DNA from: Haliotis cracherodii
Lineage: Eukaryota
DNA: 64,000 nucleotides
Assembly: GCF_022045235.1 (NCBI RefSeq)
Contig: NW_027266266.1
Span: 47,554,001 to 47,618,000 of the forward strand
Reading direction: 5' to 3'
How positions within the stretch are numbered: the first letter of the stretch is position 1; each line of letters opens with the position of its first letter. A model generated the notes under the pieces. That model was not told the origin of the DNA and made no database searches. It saw only the letters and a program-made list of their open reading frames with translations. The position numbers were made by a program, and so were the translations under genes. Positions 1 to 12,000 of this stretch are shown piece by piece.

Positions 1-381
1 GCCACAACACTATCTCAGTGATCTATAAGCTCCACACACCCTCAATCAATTACCATTGTGCCACTACACTATCTCAGAGATCCATAAGCTCCACATACCC
101 TCAATCAACTACAATAGGTGCCATTGCGCCATCACTCTCCTACCCAACACTTGAGTGATATCCCTGACTTAAGATGTCGTAAGCTAGTTACAAGTGTCCC
201 CAACCTATCGTAGGTTAGGTGGCGTCTTACGATGGGGTGTAAAGTTAGGGGGTCTTTGTGAAACAGCACAAATGTTTAAGAGGTGGTTTACGAGGTGGTT
301 TAGGAGGTCGTAGCGCTAAGAGGCTTCAGTGCTATGCTAAGTCACTGCATAGTGAGTGTGACTGCGCTATCTGATGATTAC

Positions 382-1825
382 CGTTGGTGTCGAACCTTCC
401 GACAAACTCGATCAGCAGCTCCAGGTCGGAGATGTAGCGGTCTTTGTTGGTGTCCATGTCGACCATGACCATTTCGATGACGTTGTCTGCAGTCAGCTTC
501 TCAGCGTTGGAGTGGATGCAGTGCTGTATTGTGCCCTGCCTGTTGACGCAGGAAGAGGAAGATGTCATACCTTGACCACACCGTTACCATCGTTACCACA
601 GTATGACCACGCTGTTACCATCGTTACTAAAGCATGACCACGCCGTTACTATCGTTACTACAGTATGACCACGCCGTTACTATCGTTACTACAGTGTGAC
701 AACATCGTTACCACAGCCTGACCACGCCGTAACCATCGTTACTATAGTATGACCACACCGTTACTCATCGTTACTACAGTATGACCACATTGTTACCCCA
801 GTATGACCACACCGTTACCATCGTTACAAGAGTTTGACCACACCGTTACCATCGTTACTACAGTATGAACACATTGTTACCCCAGTATGACCACACCGTT
901 ACCATGGTTACAAAAGTACGACCAAATCGTTACCAGAGTATGACCAAATCGTTACCAGAGTATGACCACACAGTTACCATCGTTACCATAATATGACCAC
1001 ACCGTTACCATCGTTACTACAGTATGACAACATTGTTACCACAGTATGACTACACCGTAACCACAGTATGACCACGCCGTTACCATCGTTACTACAGTAT
1101 GACCACATTGTTACCCCAGTATGACTACACCCTTTCCTCAGCATGACCACCCGATCCATCTAGTCACCACTTACGACAAGCATGGTTTTCTGGAGACCTA
1201 TTCTAACCCGGAATCCCCACTGGAATATTATTCTCCAAGGTATCAAATCTACAATATTATACCTCCAAATATAAGGGAGCTAAATTTCAATATAATTTGT
1301 ATATTGTAGCCATATACATGATATAGCCAGAACATTGGGTTTCAAATTATATTTGTACAATATCATACCCCCAAATATAAAACACAACAGTTTCTCTTCT
1401 TGAACATCATCGTGATGCATCTGTTTGGTTGGGCATGCCTTATATATTTTAAGTGTAAGCTAATGTTGTGCTGTCAGGTTGACGGACTTTTTAAGAAAGA
1501 TGAAGGGCATCCTGATGGAATAGTTTGTTAATCGTTTCAGTATATATCCTCCTCCTATGGTGCGTTCAATCAGAAACATCGCCCCGATTGTTTCTAGGTT
1601 TGTCAGCACCATACCCGTGCTCGTGGGTTTCACCGAAGTGGTAAACGTCTGAGACCTGCATCACTTCGGGCTTTCCTCCCACATTAGCTGACACGCCGTG
1701 ATATGACTTGAATACTGTTAAAAGCGGCGTTAAACCCAACTCGCTCATTCACTCAATAAGAAACAGGCCAAGGTCACTCACCCGTAGGCCGACGCTGCGA
1801 GGAGAAGGACGCCGAACAAGAACAT
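382..1825 (-). CDS. Gene 1 (partial, runs off the left edge): secreted EF-hand Ca-binding protein. Exon 1 1782-1825, exon 2 382-539
   Basis: Exon 1 reads MFLFGVLLLAASAYG with a GG|GTGAGT donor. Exon 2 follows a tcaacag acceptor and reads QGTIQHCIHSNAEKLTADNVIEMVMVDMDTNKDRYISDLELLIEFVGRFDTN, ending G|GTAATC. Intron phases (2, 1) match genes 2-6. Confidence 0.88.
570..1150. repeat. Irregular minisatellite (core cagtatgaccacaccgttaccatcgttacta) in gene 1 intron 1
   Basis: Directly visible tandem units of about 20-31 bp starting ~30 nt upstream of the exon 2 acceptor. Confidence 0.9.
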
Positions 1826-1862
1826 GATGCTGGAAGATCAAGGTCAAGGTCATTGGCGATTT

Positions 1863-1870
1863 CTTATATA
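1863..1870 (-). promoter_or_regulatory. Candidate TATA box (TATATAAG) of gene 1
   Basis: Lies about 40 nt upstream of the ATG at 1825. An acceptor-like ttccag also sits 4 nt before the ATG, so an upstream non-coding exon is possible instead. Confidence 0.45.
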
Positions 1871-2067
1871 CTGATGCGACCGGTATACAATTTAGAGAGA
1901 CTGCATGAACTTTAAGAATGTCTAAACGCTATCGAGTGTACAAGTATGCTATGCTAAAGAAATGTCTGCCACAGAACCATATTTTTCTGAACACATAGGC
2001 GATGAAGGGAAAACAGTTTGTCAAACATCAATGGCGATTGAGGGTCAGTGTTATATGAAGTGAGGAG

Positions 2068-2236
2068 TGAGTGAGTGAGTGAGTATGGTTTTCCGCTGCT
2101 TTTAGCAATATTCCAGCAATATCACGGCGGGGGACACCAGAAATGGGCTTCACACATTGCACCCATGTCGGGAATCGAACCCGGGTCTTCGGCTTGACGA
2201 GCGAACGCTTTAACCACTAGGTTACTCGACCGCCCC
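2068..2236 (-). mobile_element. tRNA(Asp)-like SINE, family A. Other copies at about 5497-5661(-), 7808-7977(+), 11112-11277(+), 29788-29948(-), 33520-33676(-), 34652-34826(+), 52368-52522(+), 58095-58260(-)
   Basis: Head has A box TAGTGG and B box GGTTCGATTCCC around a GTC-anticodon-like arm (GTCACGC in most copies). Tail is (ACTC)n. This copy has a 16-bp TSD tatatgaagtgaggag (2052-2067 and 2237-2252). Confidence 0.9.
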
Positions 2237-2517
2237 TATATGAAGTGAGGAGCAAATGAAATTATAAACTTGAAAAGTACAAACAATTAACACTTTTTTC
2301 CGAGTCCATGAAAGTCACGTGACATAGCATAAGTAAACCTCGAACAGCTGTATTCTATCAATTTTGAATTTGTTTTAATTCTTTTACAATGCCATATCGA
2401 AACATGTCGGTAAGATGAATTCATTGTTGCAGGATAACTCGTGGTACATGGGGTTTTGTGCGTCCCTCTTTCGGTTCGTGGTATAAAACCTAACGAGGGG
2501 CTAATAAAATCCCACGT

Positions 2518-2872
2518 GACCGCCTCCGTGGTCTAGTGGTAGAGCGTCCGCCCGGAGAGCGGAAGGTCCGGGGTTCGATCCCCAGCCGCGTCATACCAAA
2601 AGACGTTAAAAGATGGTACTTGTTGTTACCCTGTCTGGCGCTCGGCATTAGGGGGCTAAAACAAGGACTGGTCGGCTCGGAGTCAGTATACTGTGTCTGA
2701 GTGGGGTATTCATATTAAACTGCGGCATGGTATCTCAGTGTGCTAGCACTATAAATCGGCATCAGTCCGGACTAGTACAAGCAGCCACACACACCCACGC
2801 GTGCATGCACGTCGCTATATAAGTGCAATAATCTTGGACGCGACGTTAAACCCAATTTCACCTCACCTCACC
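2518..2872 (+). mobile_element. tRNA-derived SINE, family B, with a Meta/MESC-like central domain. Other copies at about 4180-4362, 16684-17037, 40768-40875 plus 41595-41675, 53032-53290
   Basis: A/B boxes TGGTCTAGTGG and GGTTCGATCCC; central CATACCAAAAGACGTTAAAAGATGGTACTTG; tail (TCACC)n; TSD taaaatcc(c/t)acgt. The Meta-domain assignment is from memory of that consensus. Confidence 0.8.
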
Positions 2873-3869
2873 TAAAATCCTACGTACCCCGTGTACTCCT
2901 GCTACAACTTATATTATCTATCGAGGTAATGAAAATGTATTCATTCCAAATTTTAATTCATTGATGGAAGTGGAACTGCAACCTACCTGGATATGGCCAA
3001 GAAGTCAAATGTTGGCTGCCAAACAATTGTTTATCTAAGTTTTGATATATCCGGACACCTGTCGTGGTCTCACGGTGTCAGGGATGGGATTGGGCGGGGT
3101 CACTGGAAGGATAATCTACGATAGCTTAGAGAAGTACCTTGGGAAAACAATCATTATGTTGACGGTGCTGTTGCTTAAACGAACGGTCGCCTATGACGAA
3201 CAGTCGCTTGTATCAAACTGTCCGACATAACAAATCTTCATATTAACGAACAGTTGGCAATAACGAACACTCGTATATAATGATTATACGGTTATATCGA
3301 ACAGTGAATGAGTGAGTTGGGTTTAACATTATTCCAGTTATATCACGGCGTGTCAGCTTAATGTGGGAGGAAAGCTCGAAGTGATGCTGGTCTAAGACGT
3401 TTACCACTTCGGTGAAACCCACGAGCAGGGGTATGGTGCTGACAAACCTAGAAACATAATTGGGGCGAACCGGGATTCGAACCCACAATCATAGGTTTCT
3501 GGCGTCCCCAAGGGACGCAACTGTGCACAGCGAATCGCGGCGCCTTAGACGACTGGGCCACCCGTGCCCCCCTATTATGAACAGTCGGATATAACAACCA
3601 TACGGACATGCATGTAACGAAAAAAAATAAATTTCCACGTCAATATCCCAATTGCCCGAAAGCTTTATGAAAAAGTGTAATTTCTCGACTGTGGGACAAG
3701 TACCGTCAAAGGGGAAGGGTTGCAATGGGACCTGGGCGTGGCAGGCCTGAAAAAAGGCACCTAGGCATGATCGTCTTATCACATTAATTGCACTACGCCA
3801 TAGATTCAAACCTGCTCCTGTTATCAATAGAGAACTCGGTACAAGAAAAGGAAAGTGAATTTTAACATC

Positions 3870-4560
3870 TACTGTTAAAGGCGGCTTATGCAGACCGCCT
3901 GAAGGCAGGGCGTCCTGTGAAGGATGGGACCTTAACAGTTGACCATAGGCGACAAGGATTGGGGTGGGCTAGGCAATACCAGGGGCGGGCTGTGTGCCAT
4001 TGGTGTTACACCATGTTAACAGACAAATCAAGGTTTTGCCTTTATTTTGGGTCATTTGGACATTTGGCTGGCCAGCGTTGACGAAACTTTGCGTCCCTTC
4101 TCTAGAGTTATCGGCAGAAATTTGGAACTGCAACATGACGATGCCAGACCTCTTCGTGACAAGGTCGTCACCCATTATGTCCGTTAAAAGACGTTAAAAG
4201 ATGGTACTTGTTGTTACCCTGTCTAGGGGCTAAAACAAGGACTGGTCGGCTCGGAGTCAGTATACTGTGTCTGAGTGGGGTATTCATGTTAAACTGCGGC
4301 ATGGTATCGCAGTGTGTTAGCACTATAAATTGGACGTTAAACCCCATTTCACCTCACCTCACCCAATAGAGCATGTGTGGGAGTTCTTCCGGCGGAGAGT
4401 GTACGCCAGAGACCCGTCAACGTGGCTCAGCTCGGGGCGGAATGGTGGGCAATACCAATAGCAGCCATACGCAAGATAATGCACAGAATGTCACCAAGGA
4501 GTGCTTGCACGCCCAACATGGTAGACGCATTAGATACGGATCTACACACCAGAAATTCAT
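3870..4560 (+). mobile_element. Decayed Tc1-like transposase, interrupted by a family B SINE fragment
   Basis: Frames read LKAGRPVK..LTVDHRRQGLGWARQY..MLTDKSRFCL, then LQHDDARP, then PIEHVWE...IRKIMHRM. Confidence 0.75.
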
Positions 4561-4631
4561 TTTACAGACATTTATCATCATTACACCTTTACCAGTCTGT
4601 CATTTTCAGAGGTCCCAATATTTTTCGTCGG

Positions 4632-4930
4632 TACGAGAGGCGTTCAATAAGTTTTGCAACTTCAATATAAGACCAAGTCGTAGAATATCTTTTGCCCTTT
4701 TATTTTTCAATATAATCTCCATTCACCTCTATACACTTATTCCATTTGTCCCTCAAACTTTTAATACCACTTTTATAGAAATCCGCAGATTGGCCCTCTA
4801 ACCACGCCTCTGTGACAGCCGTTATGTCCTCGTCATCCTGGAAGCGTCTTCCACCTAAGGCAGATTTCATTTGCCGGGACAGGAAATAGTTACTTGGGGC
4901 TAAGTCTGGGCTGTAGGGTGGGTGATTTAA
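4632..4930 (-). mobile_element. Mariner transposon 3' end (transposase C-terminus plus TIR)
   Basis: Minus strand reads LNHPPYSPDLAPSNYFLSRQMKSALGGRRFQDDEDITAVTEAWLEGQSADFYKSGIKSLRDKWNKCIEVNGDYIEK*. Terminus TA-CGAGAGGCGTTCAATAAGT at 4632. Confidence 0.9.
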
Positions 4931-4950
4931 CTGTACAGCCCAGACTTAGC

Positions 4951-5080
4951 CTGATCACCTGATGAATGATGAAGAGTAAGCATATACTCCGAAACGTTGT
5001 TTTCCTAATAATAAAGAAGATGGCATCCATCAATTCTCTTCCTTATGTGTATCACTTCTAAATGCCTTTCAAAGACCTCA
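4951..5080 (+). mobile_element. Penelope-like pseudo-LTR remnant with a minimal hammerhead-like motif
   Basis: TGATGAA-GAGTA(agcata)TACTC-CGAAACGTT followed by AATAAA. The 3' part resembles 11895-11920. Confidence 0.55.
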
Positions 5081-5340
5081 TCTGGAAAGTATATATGTAG
5101 ATACAGAAAGGTTTTGACAAACAGTGCGAAAGGGCTAAACGTGTTTATTTGAAGGCGCCTCATCGGTAGGTAAAAAACGAAACAAAAATGACATTTTTAT
5201 TTGACGGTGATGCGGGTATCGCATGCAGCATTCCATGCATCATATCAATGAGTATCTATCAACCAGTTTTAAGTAAGTATTTCTTTTATCAAATCCAATT
5301 TCCAAGTGAATACTTTCTTTTGCTCAACAGCTAACGGACG

Positions 5341-5343
5341 TGC

Positions 5344-5392
<49 letters not shown>

Positions 5393-5393
5393 T
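5341..5393. repeat. (GCGT)n microsatellite
   Basis: Directly visible. Confidence 0.95.
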
Positions 5394-6469
5394 CTCCACC
5401 CTGGACTCACAGCCAGCTGTCTATTCTTTCCAACTAAATCAACACGGCTGATCACATATTATTTCAATGGATAATCGTTATGACAGCAAATGTTCAAGAG
5501 TGAGCGAGTATGGTTTTACGCCGCTTTTAGCAATATCACAGCAATATAACGGCGGGGAACACCAGAAATGGGCTTCACCCATGTACCCATGTCTGGACTC
5601 GAACCCGGGTCTTCGGCGTGACGAGCGAACGCTTTAACCACTAGGCTACCCGACCGCCCCCTAAAACACAACTGTGATACCCGTATCAAATACATCACCA
5701 TCGAATAACCATTTCTTGTTTGTCTCATTCGTAGCCACCGTCAAACATGTGTCTACTTTCTTTTGTCCGGCAGTGTACTTCATATGCATGTAACTTTTAT
5801 AAATGTATATGCACTTTTGCACATCTCGGTGAGGGGTGCCTTGTTACTATGTATACCAGTAAATTGAATTTAGTTTACTTTGTATGTGTTGTTTATCATT
5901 TATTATGTTACGAGGTGAGACTGTCATAACATAACAGGATGCGTTAGCATAAGATTTCAACCATAATGCCAGCTCCTAAATTTAGTACTATCGTTCTAGG
6001 TCGTGGGCCAAAGTTTTTCCAAAGGCCGCGATAACCCGGTTTTTTCTATTGTATTTAAGGTGGGCAAATTTAAATGTCTGACACTGTGATAAGCTTATGA
6101 CATGGTGACATTGGTATCTTTGAAAGTACCATGTAATCTTGATAAACTGATCGGACTGAGAGAGATTTACATTAAGGTCAATCTGATGGATTGTATCAAA
6201 ACAAAAAGAAACTTCAACCGCGATTCGCTTTCCTGCGAATAACTCAAACTAAAAGATTCCTTCGTTATCTGATATGTGCTGATGCGGCATAAAGCACTAT
6301 TCAGGTGCTCGTGAAAATGTAATCTATCGGTGGCAGCCTTCACAAACACATGCAAAGGCAAGGCAATTGGTAACCCAAAGAACATGGGTGCATACGGTAC
6401 AAGCAGCCTTCACAAACACATGCAAAGGCAAGGCAATTGGTAACCCAAAGAACACGGGTACATACGGTA

Positions 6470-6845
6470 CAAGTCAAAATAGGGAATTGTATCAGACATA
6501 ATTGATGTGTCAAATTTGGAAATGTCCTCCACATGTCTACCATAAATCGTTTAAAAAGCTAAGTCATTGAATATTGTAACCCTGATGAAACACCTTTTAA
6601 TCGAGTCATTGACGCTCTTTGAAATCTTCGTGTAAAGAGCCTGTACGTCAAAAGTTGTGAAATGGCGACACCAAAGGCTGCTGTAAAATTGCTCGACATA
6701 AAGGTAAAGTTGACTATTAGAGAATTATCCTTCTTGTCACCAAGTCTTGTGGATAGTTTTTGTCACGGAGTCTCACTGGTCTCCTTTATTTCTTGTTCGG
6801 GTGGGTAATAACTCAGTGGAAGGGAATTGGCTATTTGATGTTCAT
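6470..6845 (-). mobile_element. Decayed Penelope-like reverse-transcriptase C-terminal fragment. Related pieces at about 56375-56720(-) and 60060-60510(+)
   Basis: Reads YYPPEQEIKETSET, DKKDNSLIVNFTFMSSN..AAFGVAISQL and EDFKER. The 56.5-kb copy reads SSVSYLDL, MYEKRNDFNF and NNIPAAP. The 60.1-kb copy reads DFKERHTTLAQKLLDQGY. Confidence 0.7.
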
Positions 6846-6930
6846 ATATAAAAGCACAGTATAAAGTTCTAACTCTTCGGTACAATATAGTTATAATTAA
6901 ATAAGTGGAGTAAGATTGAACACAGTTTTA

Positions 6931-6980
6931 ATTGTCTAGCGCTTTCAACTCGTACCACATACGAGTCTCATCAGGCAATA
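6931..6980 (-). ncRNA. Minimal type I hammerhead ribozyme motif inside a Penelope-type inverted repeat (arms about 6891-6941 and 6999-7050)
   Basis: Minus strand: ATTGC-CTGATGA-GACTCGTA(tgtgg)TACGAGTT-GAAA-GCGC-TA-GACAAT. It has an intact core, an 8-bp stem II and a palindromic AGCGCT stem III. Confidence 0.7.
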
Positions 6981-7077
6981 ACTGAATAACGGACATGTCC
7001 GCTAGCCAATTAAAACTGTGTTCAATCTTACTCCACTAATTTAATTATTACTATATACCAAAATATATTTGATATCA

Positions 7078-7342
7078 NNNNNNNNNNNNNNNNNNNNNNN
7101 NNNNNNNNNNNNNNNNNNNNNNNNNNNNNNNNNNNNNNNNNNNNNNNNNNNNNNNNNNNNNNNNNNNNNNNNNNNNNNNNNNNNNNNNNNNNNNNNNNNN
7201 NNNNNNNNNNNNNNNNNNNNNNNNNNNNNNNNNNNNNNNNNNNNNNNNNNNNNNNNNNNNNNNNNNNNNNNNNNNNNNNNNNNNNNNNNNNNNNNNNNNN
7301 NNNNNNNNNNNNNNNNNNNNNNNNNNNNNNNNNNNNNNNNNN
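7078..7342. other. Assembly gap (other gaps at 21308-21560, 21570-21779, 61981-62117)
   Basis: Runs of N. Confidence 1.
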
Positions 7343-8584
7343 CTTTGTTTTGATTTTGCCAATCCCAATGAATGTCGGAAAGAAAAGTCGTCTACCATGT
7401 TACCGAGTTTCCTAATGTTATATATGTTACTGTGACAAGATACCGCTGGCAATTCAGATAAGCGCAATCTACAACCACATGTTTAAAAGCTTGTCAAGGT
7501 AAGGCTTTAGGTACATGTTTATAAATAAGGTGTGTTTTTTCCTTGTGAAATATAGCTTGATTCATGGTCACCATGTCAGATTGCTGGTCGTGATTGTGAA
7601 CGCGTCAGTTTGAGGTGTGGTCTCTCAAACGTGTCACACTATCTAAATCCTTTCAACCAACGCATTGTCAGACATGATTCCGTTTCGTTTGTTTAATAAT
7701 CTGTCCACTATGTAATAATCTATTGGACTTGCCCCCCCCCCCCCCCCCCAACACGTGTAGCTGCACGTGCCTTTATACCCTACCTGATATACCGTTCCTA
7801 TATCCATGGGGGCGGTCGGGTAGCCTCGTGGTAAAAGCGTTTGCTAGTCATGCCGAAGACCCGGGTTTGATTCCCGACATGGGTACAATGTGTGAGGCCC
7901 ATTTCTGGTGTCCCCCGCCGTGATATTGCTGGAATATTGCTAAAAGCGGGGTAAAACCATACTCATTCAGTCAGTCATATATCCATGGATGTACAATGCA
8001 TTTGTTACAACCGGGATCGGGTGGTCAGACTCATTGACTTGGTTGATGCATGTCATCGTATCCAAATTGCGAAGATCAATGCTCATGCTGTCAATCACCG
8101 GATTGTCTGGTCCAGACTCGATCATTTACAGATGGCCGAAAAATGGCTGGAATTTTGCTGAGTGCGTCGTTAAACAACAAACAAACAACTTTTGACGTCA
8201 GATGTCCGGATGCCTTTGTTGTTTATAGCGTTGCACTAGAAGTATTTCCATGGAATCAGCGTGGAGACATATACTACTCATTATACATGATAACCTTCAT
8301 ATATCAAAACATACCCACTAATAATCATTCGCCATTCATCAAAACACTCGGTTGACCAACTCACCATAACGTAATGGTCGTTTTTTGAATGTAAATATAA
8401 TACGTCAGTGCCAGAGAGTAACCAGTCTCAATTATCCACCGAAACAAATTCCACTGAGCGTAAAAGACAAAGTCGTGTGAACATTATATAGTTGATTCCT
8501 GAAAATATGTGATAAAGGTAAGGATGCCCTGCCCTGCTGGTACCCCTCGTCACTCAGACAATACATTATTTGCAAAAATATGTA

Positions 8585-8901
8585 CCGTATTTCCTCTATT
8601 AGACGCCCGGGCTTCTATTTATTTAGGACAAGCCTTTGACCCGGCGTCAATTAGAGGCCCGGCTTCTATTAATACCCCCATTTCACTATGACCACGAATG
8701 TCCCGAATCGTCACGAAATGGAAATATTTTGAGTCCTCATTGTGTAATTTAGGTCCCAAAAAGGGATCATTAATTGTATCAATTGATCGACCCGGCATCT
8801 ATTAGAGGCACGGCTTCTATTTTTTGCACTGAACAATTGACCCGGCTTCTATTAGAGGCCGGCGTCTATTAGAGGTCCGGCGTCTAATTGAGGAAATACG
8901 G
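8585..8901. mobile_element. Tc1/mariner/pogo-type MITE
   Basis: TIRs CCGTATTTCCTC(T/A)ATTAGACGCC at both ends, TA flanks, and internal repeated ccggc(t/g)tctattagagg. Confidence 0.85.
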
Positions 8902-9057
8902 TATGTGTATGTTGCCTAAAGCCTAAAGCAGTATAGTACAGAAATAAGAAAAGCACACATGGTACTGAACCTATATTTTATTTCAACTTTCTTTATGAAA
9001 TACTGAGGCATGAATAATGAAACTGTTGTCCACACCGGAAGTGACGTCACAGGACGC

Positions 9058-12000
9058 TCAGGCAGTGTTTTGATGTGAGAATGGCACACAGTCTTGATAC
9101 AGCTGAAACAACATGGCGACAATACACATCCTGCACATTATCTACCAAATGTATTGCGTCCTGGGTTACGCCGACTGTAACAATCTTCCCTGAGTACGCA
9201 TCCTCTGTATCTCCAGGGTTCGCATTTCGGTAAACCTATACTAACTCCTGGATCCAAATTCTCGCGATCTCAAATTACCTGTCCTTGATTTTCATAAGCC
9301 AATCTGATTTGTTACGCTACTCAGTCCAACGGACCAATCAAAATGCGAGTTAGAAAACAGCTGCAATGTTGGGTTGGCGATAGCATCGACATGGCTGCCA
9401 GTCCCATTGATTACGAAAGAATTGGCGAGAAATTCAACATTGAAATGCTACTGACTCGCAAAAGAAAGCCCTCGCAATTTTTTTAATGGAAACAGAGACC
9501 ATATACCGGTATATGGTCTCTGATGGAAAGGACGTCTCCCTGCCCAACTGGCGGTCACTTTGGTTTCTAGGCAATACGAGTTACCTGCCTTGCCCATTTC
9601 CTTTTGCCTTGATTGGTCGGTAAAAAGGTAATGGAACTCAAGGGCAGGTAATTTGAGATTGCGAGAACCATGGGATTTGGATCCAAAGCTGTACTGGAGC
9701 ATCACTTCTGGGGCGTGATTCCCAAAAGATGACAAAGTAGTGAAAATTATATGAATAGATCACCGAAAATCAGTGATGACACTAGGCTCTGGCCAAGGGT
9801 TAGGCATACCCTGCCCTACCGGTAGCACCCGCCACTCACGCAGTTAACATAAGAAACTAAGTGTTTTGTTGCCTGACTCCCCACAGCCATACGATCCAGT
9901 CTTATTTGGGGATTAAGCAGTCCTTGGAATGAACGCCCATTGATTACATTTAATGATCCAATTTTCTGCATCACAACTTTCTTCCATAAACCGTGAATTA
10001 TGAGATAATCATGATGTATTTCCTGATTTGCGGGTGTTTTTTTTACCCTTTCTTCGCCAACTGGACTTGACACGCTTATACCCAAGCACGGGTATGGTGG
10101 TGACAGACCTAGAAGCGTAATCTTGGCGACCCGGGATTCGAACCCACAAGTATAGATTTCTGGCGTCCCCAAAGGATGCGCAGCAAATTGCGTCGCCTTA
10201 GAGGACTGGGCGACCCGTCTCCCAAATTACACTGAAGAATTCAGGCTGTGTGTTGATACTCACGTGAGTCAAATATATAGTGAACTCAACGTCCGACACT
10301 TTGCCGTCATCTGGAAAGAAACAACAGGCAAATCACGAATAAGCACCAAACTTAAGTAGAGTGGATACCATGACATAGATAGACCCAGGTAGTAGATGGT
10401 AGTAATAAACACACGACAAAGATAACACCTTGATGTAGACGGTAGTCATAGAAACGGAGGATAACACCTTGATGTAGACGGTAGTCATAGAAACGGAGGA
10501 TAGCACGACATAGATAACATCTTGATGTAGAAGGTAGGGTAGTCATAGAAACGGAGGATAGCACGACATAGATAACACTTTGATGTGAACGGTGGTCATA
10601 GAAACGGAGGATAACACCTTGCTGTAGGCAGTAGTCATAGAAACGGAGGATAGCACGACATAGATAACACCTTAAGGTAGACGGTAGTCATAGAAACGGG
10701 GGATAACACGTCCTTGATAACACATGGATGAATATGTAGTCATAGAAGTTATATCTACTGGAAGGAGCTATTTTAATTCACTTTTGAAGGACTACCAGCG
10801 TCTCCAGTGAACAATATTAATTTTGTGTAAAACCTGACATTAAATATTATTTTCATTTATTTACTGGAAGACTACTCACGGTCCAGGTCCATAATGGCCT
10901 GGAGAGGAACGAAGTCAAACAGTCCGAGGAAATCATCGTTCGTTTGGTCCAGATGCTGGAAGATGTAGTCGGCAAAGTCCGGAACGTCACGGTATAACGC
11001 GTGCCATTTTGCAACAAACTCTCTCCTTGTGATCATACTGTCCCCTGGGGGTAGAAAGTAAATTCATGAATATATATGGTTCCATGTCATATCCTGTTTG
11101 TTAACCAGGACAGGGCGGTCGGGTAGCCTAGTGGTTAAAGCGTTCGCTCGTCACGCCGAAGACCCGGGTTCGAATCCCGACATGGGTACAATGTGTGAAG
11201 GCCATTTCTGGTGTCCCCCGCCGTGATATTGCTGTAATATTGCTAAAAAGCGGCGTAAAACCATACTCACTCACTCAACCAGGACAATTGTTTGTTTGTT
11301 GTTAATCGCCGCACTAAGCAATATTCCAGCTATATGACGGCGGTCTGGACCGGACAATCCACTGCTTGACACCATGAGCATCGATCCACGCAATTGGGAT
11401 TCGATGCAAGCATCAACCAAGTCAGCGCGCCTGATCACCCGATCCCGTTAGTCGCCTCTAACGACAAGCATAGTCGCCTCTTACGGATAGCATGGGTTGC
11501 TGAAGACCAAATCACGGTGTGTCAACTTGAGGTGTTATGAAAGCCTTGGCCAACTGGGACACACTTGCCCCTCTATTGACTATGGCATTGACTTCAGACG
11601 AGTACATATCAGTAAAGATCGGCTGGAAAACAAATAATGATTAGGACATATCATCTTTTATATCTCAAAAAGATACCAGTTTAGTGTTATTATACACTAC
11701 AGTATCAGTTGCAAAGCCGTTCAGTATCCACAAGCAACAGCAATATAGGTTGTTTTTTGTCTTAATTTCTGTTGAAGAAAGACAAGTTCTATGGATGAAC
11801 AACTTCTTTATTACAATTAGTGCGACATTTCGGTGTAGATCCTAACACCTTTATCAAGCAAGTGATGTTCATCCATAGAACTTGTCTTTCTTCATCACAC
11901 CAACTTCTAAATGCCACTGAAAGAACTGTTATCACTGAATGTTGGCGACCACATTTGATACCACAGGAATTCAAAATTCTGATTAAAACAATTGTGTCTT

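Noticed and set aside
4700-4930. SETMAR-like domesticated transposase (YSPDLAPSN, with N for the third catalytic D)
   Set aside because: Only a truncated C-terminal fragment next to its TIR. A single decay mutation explains the N.
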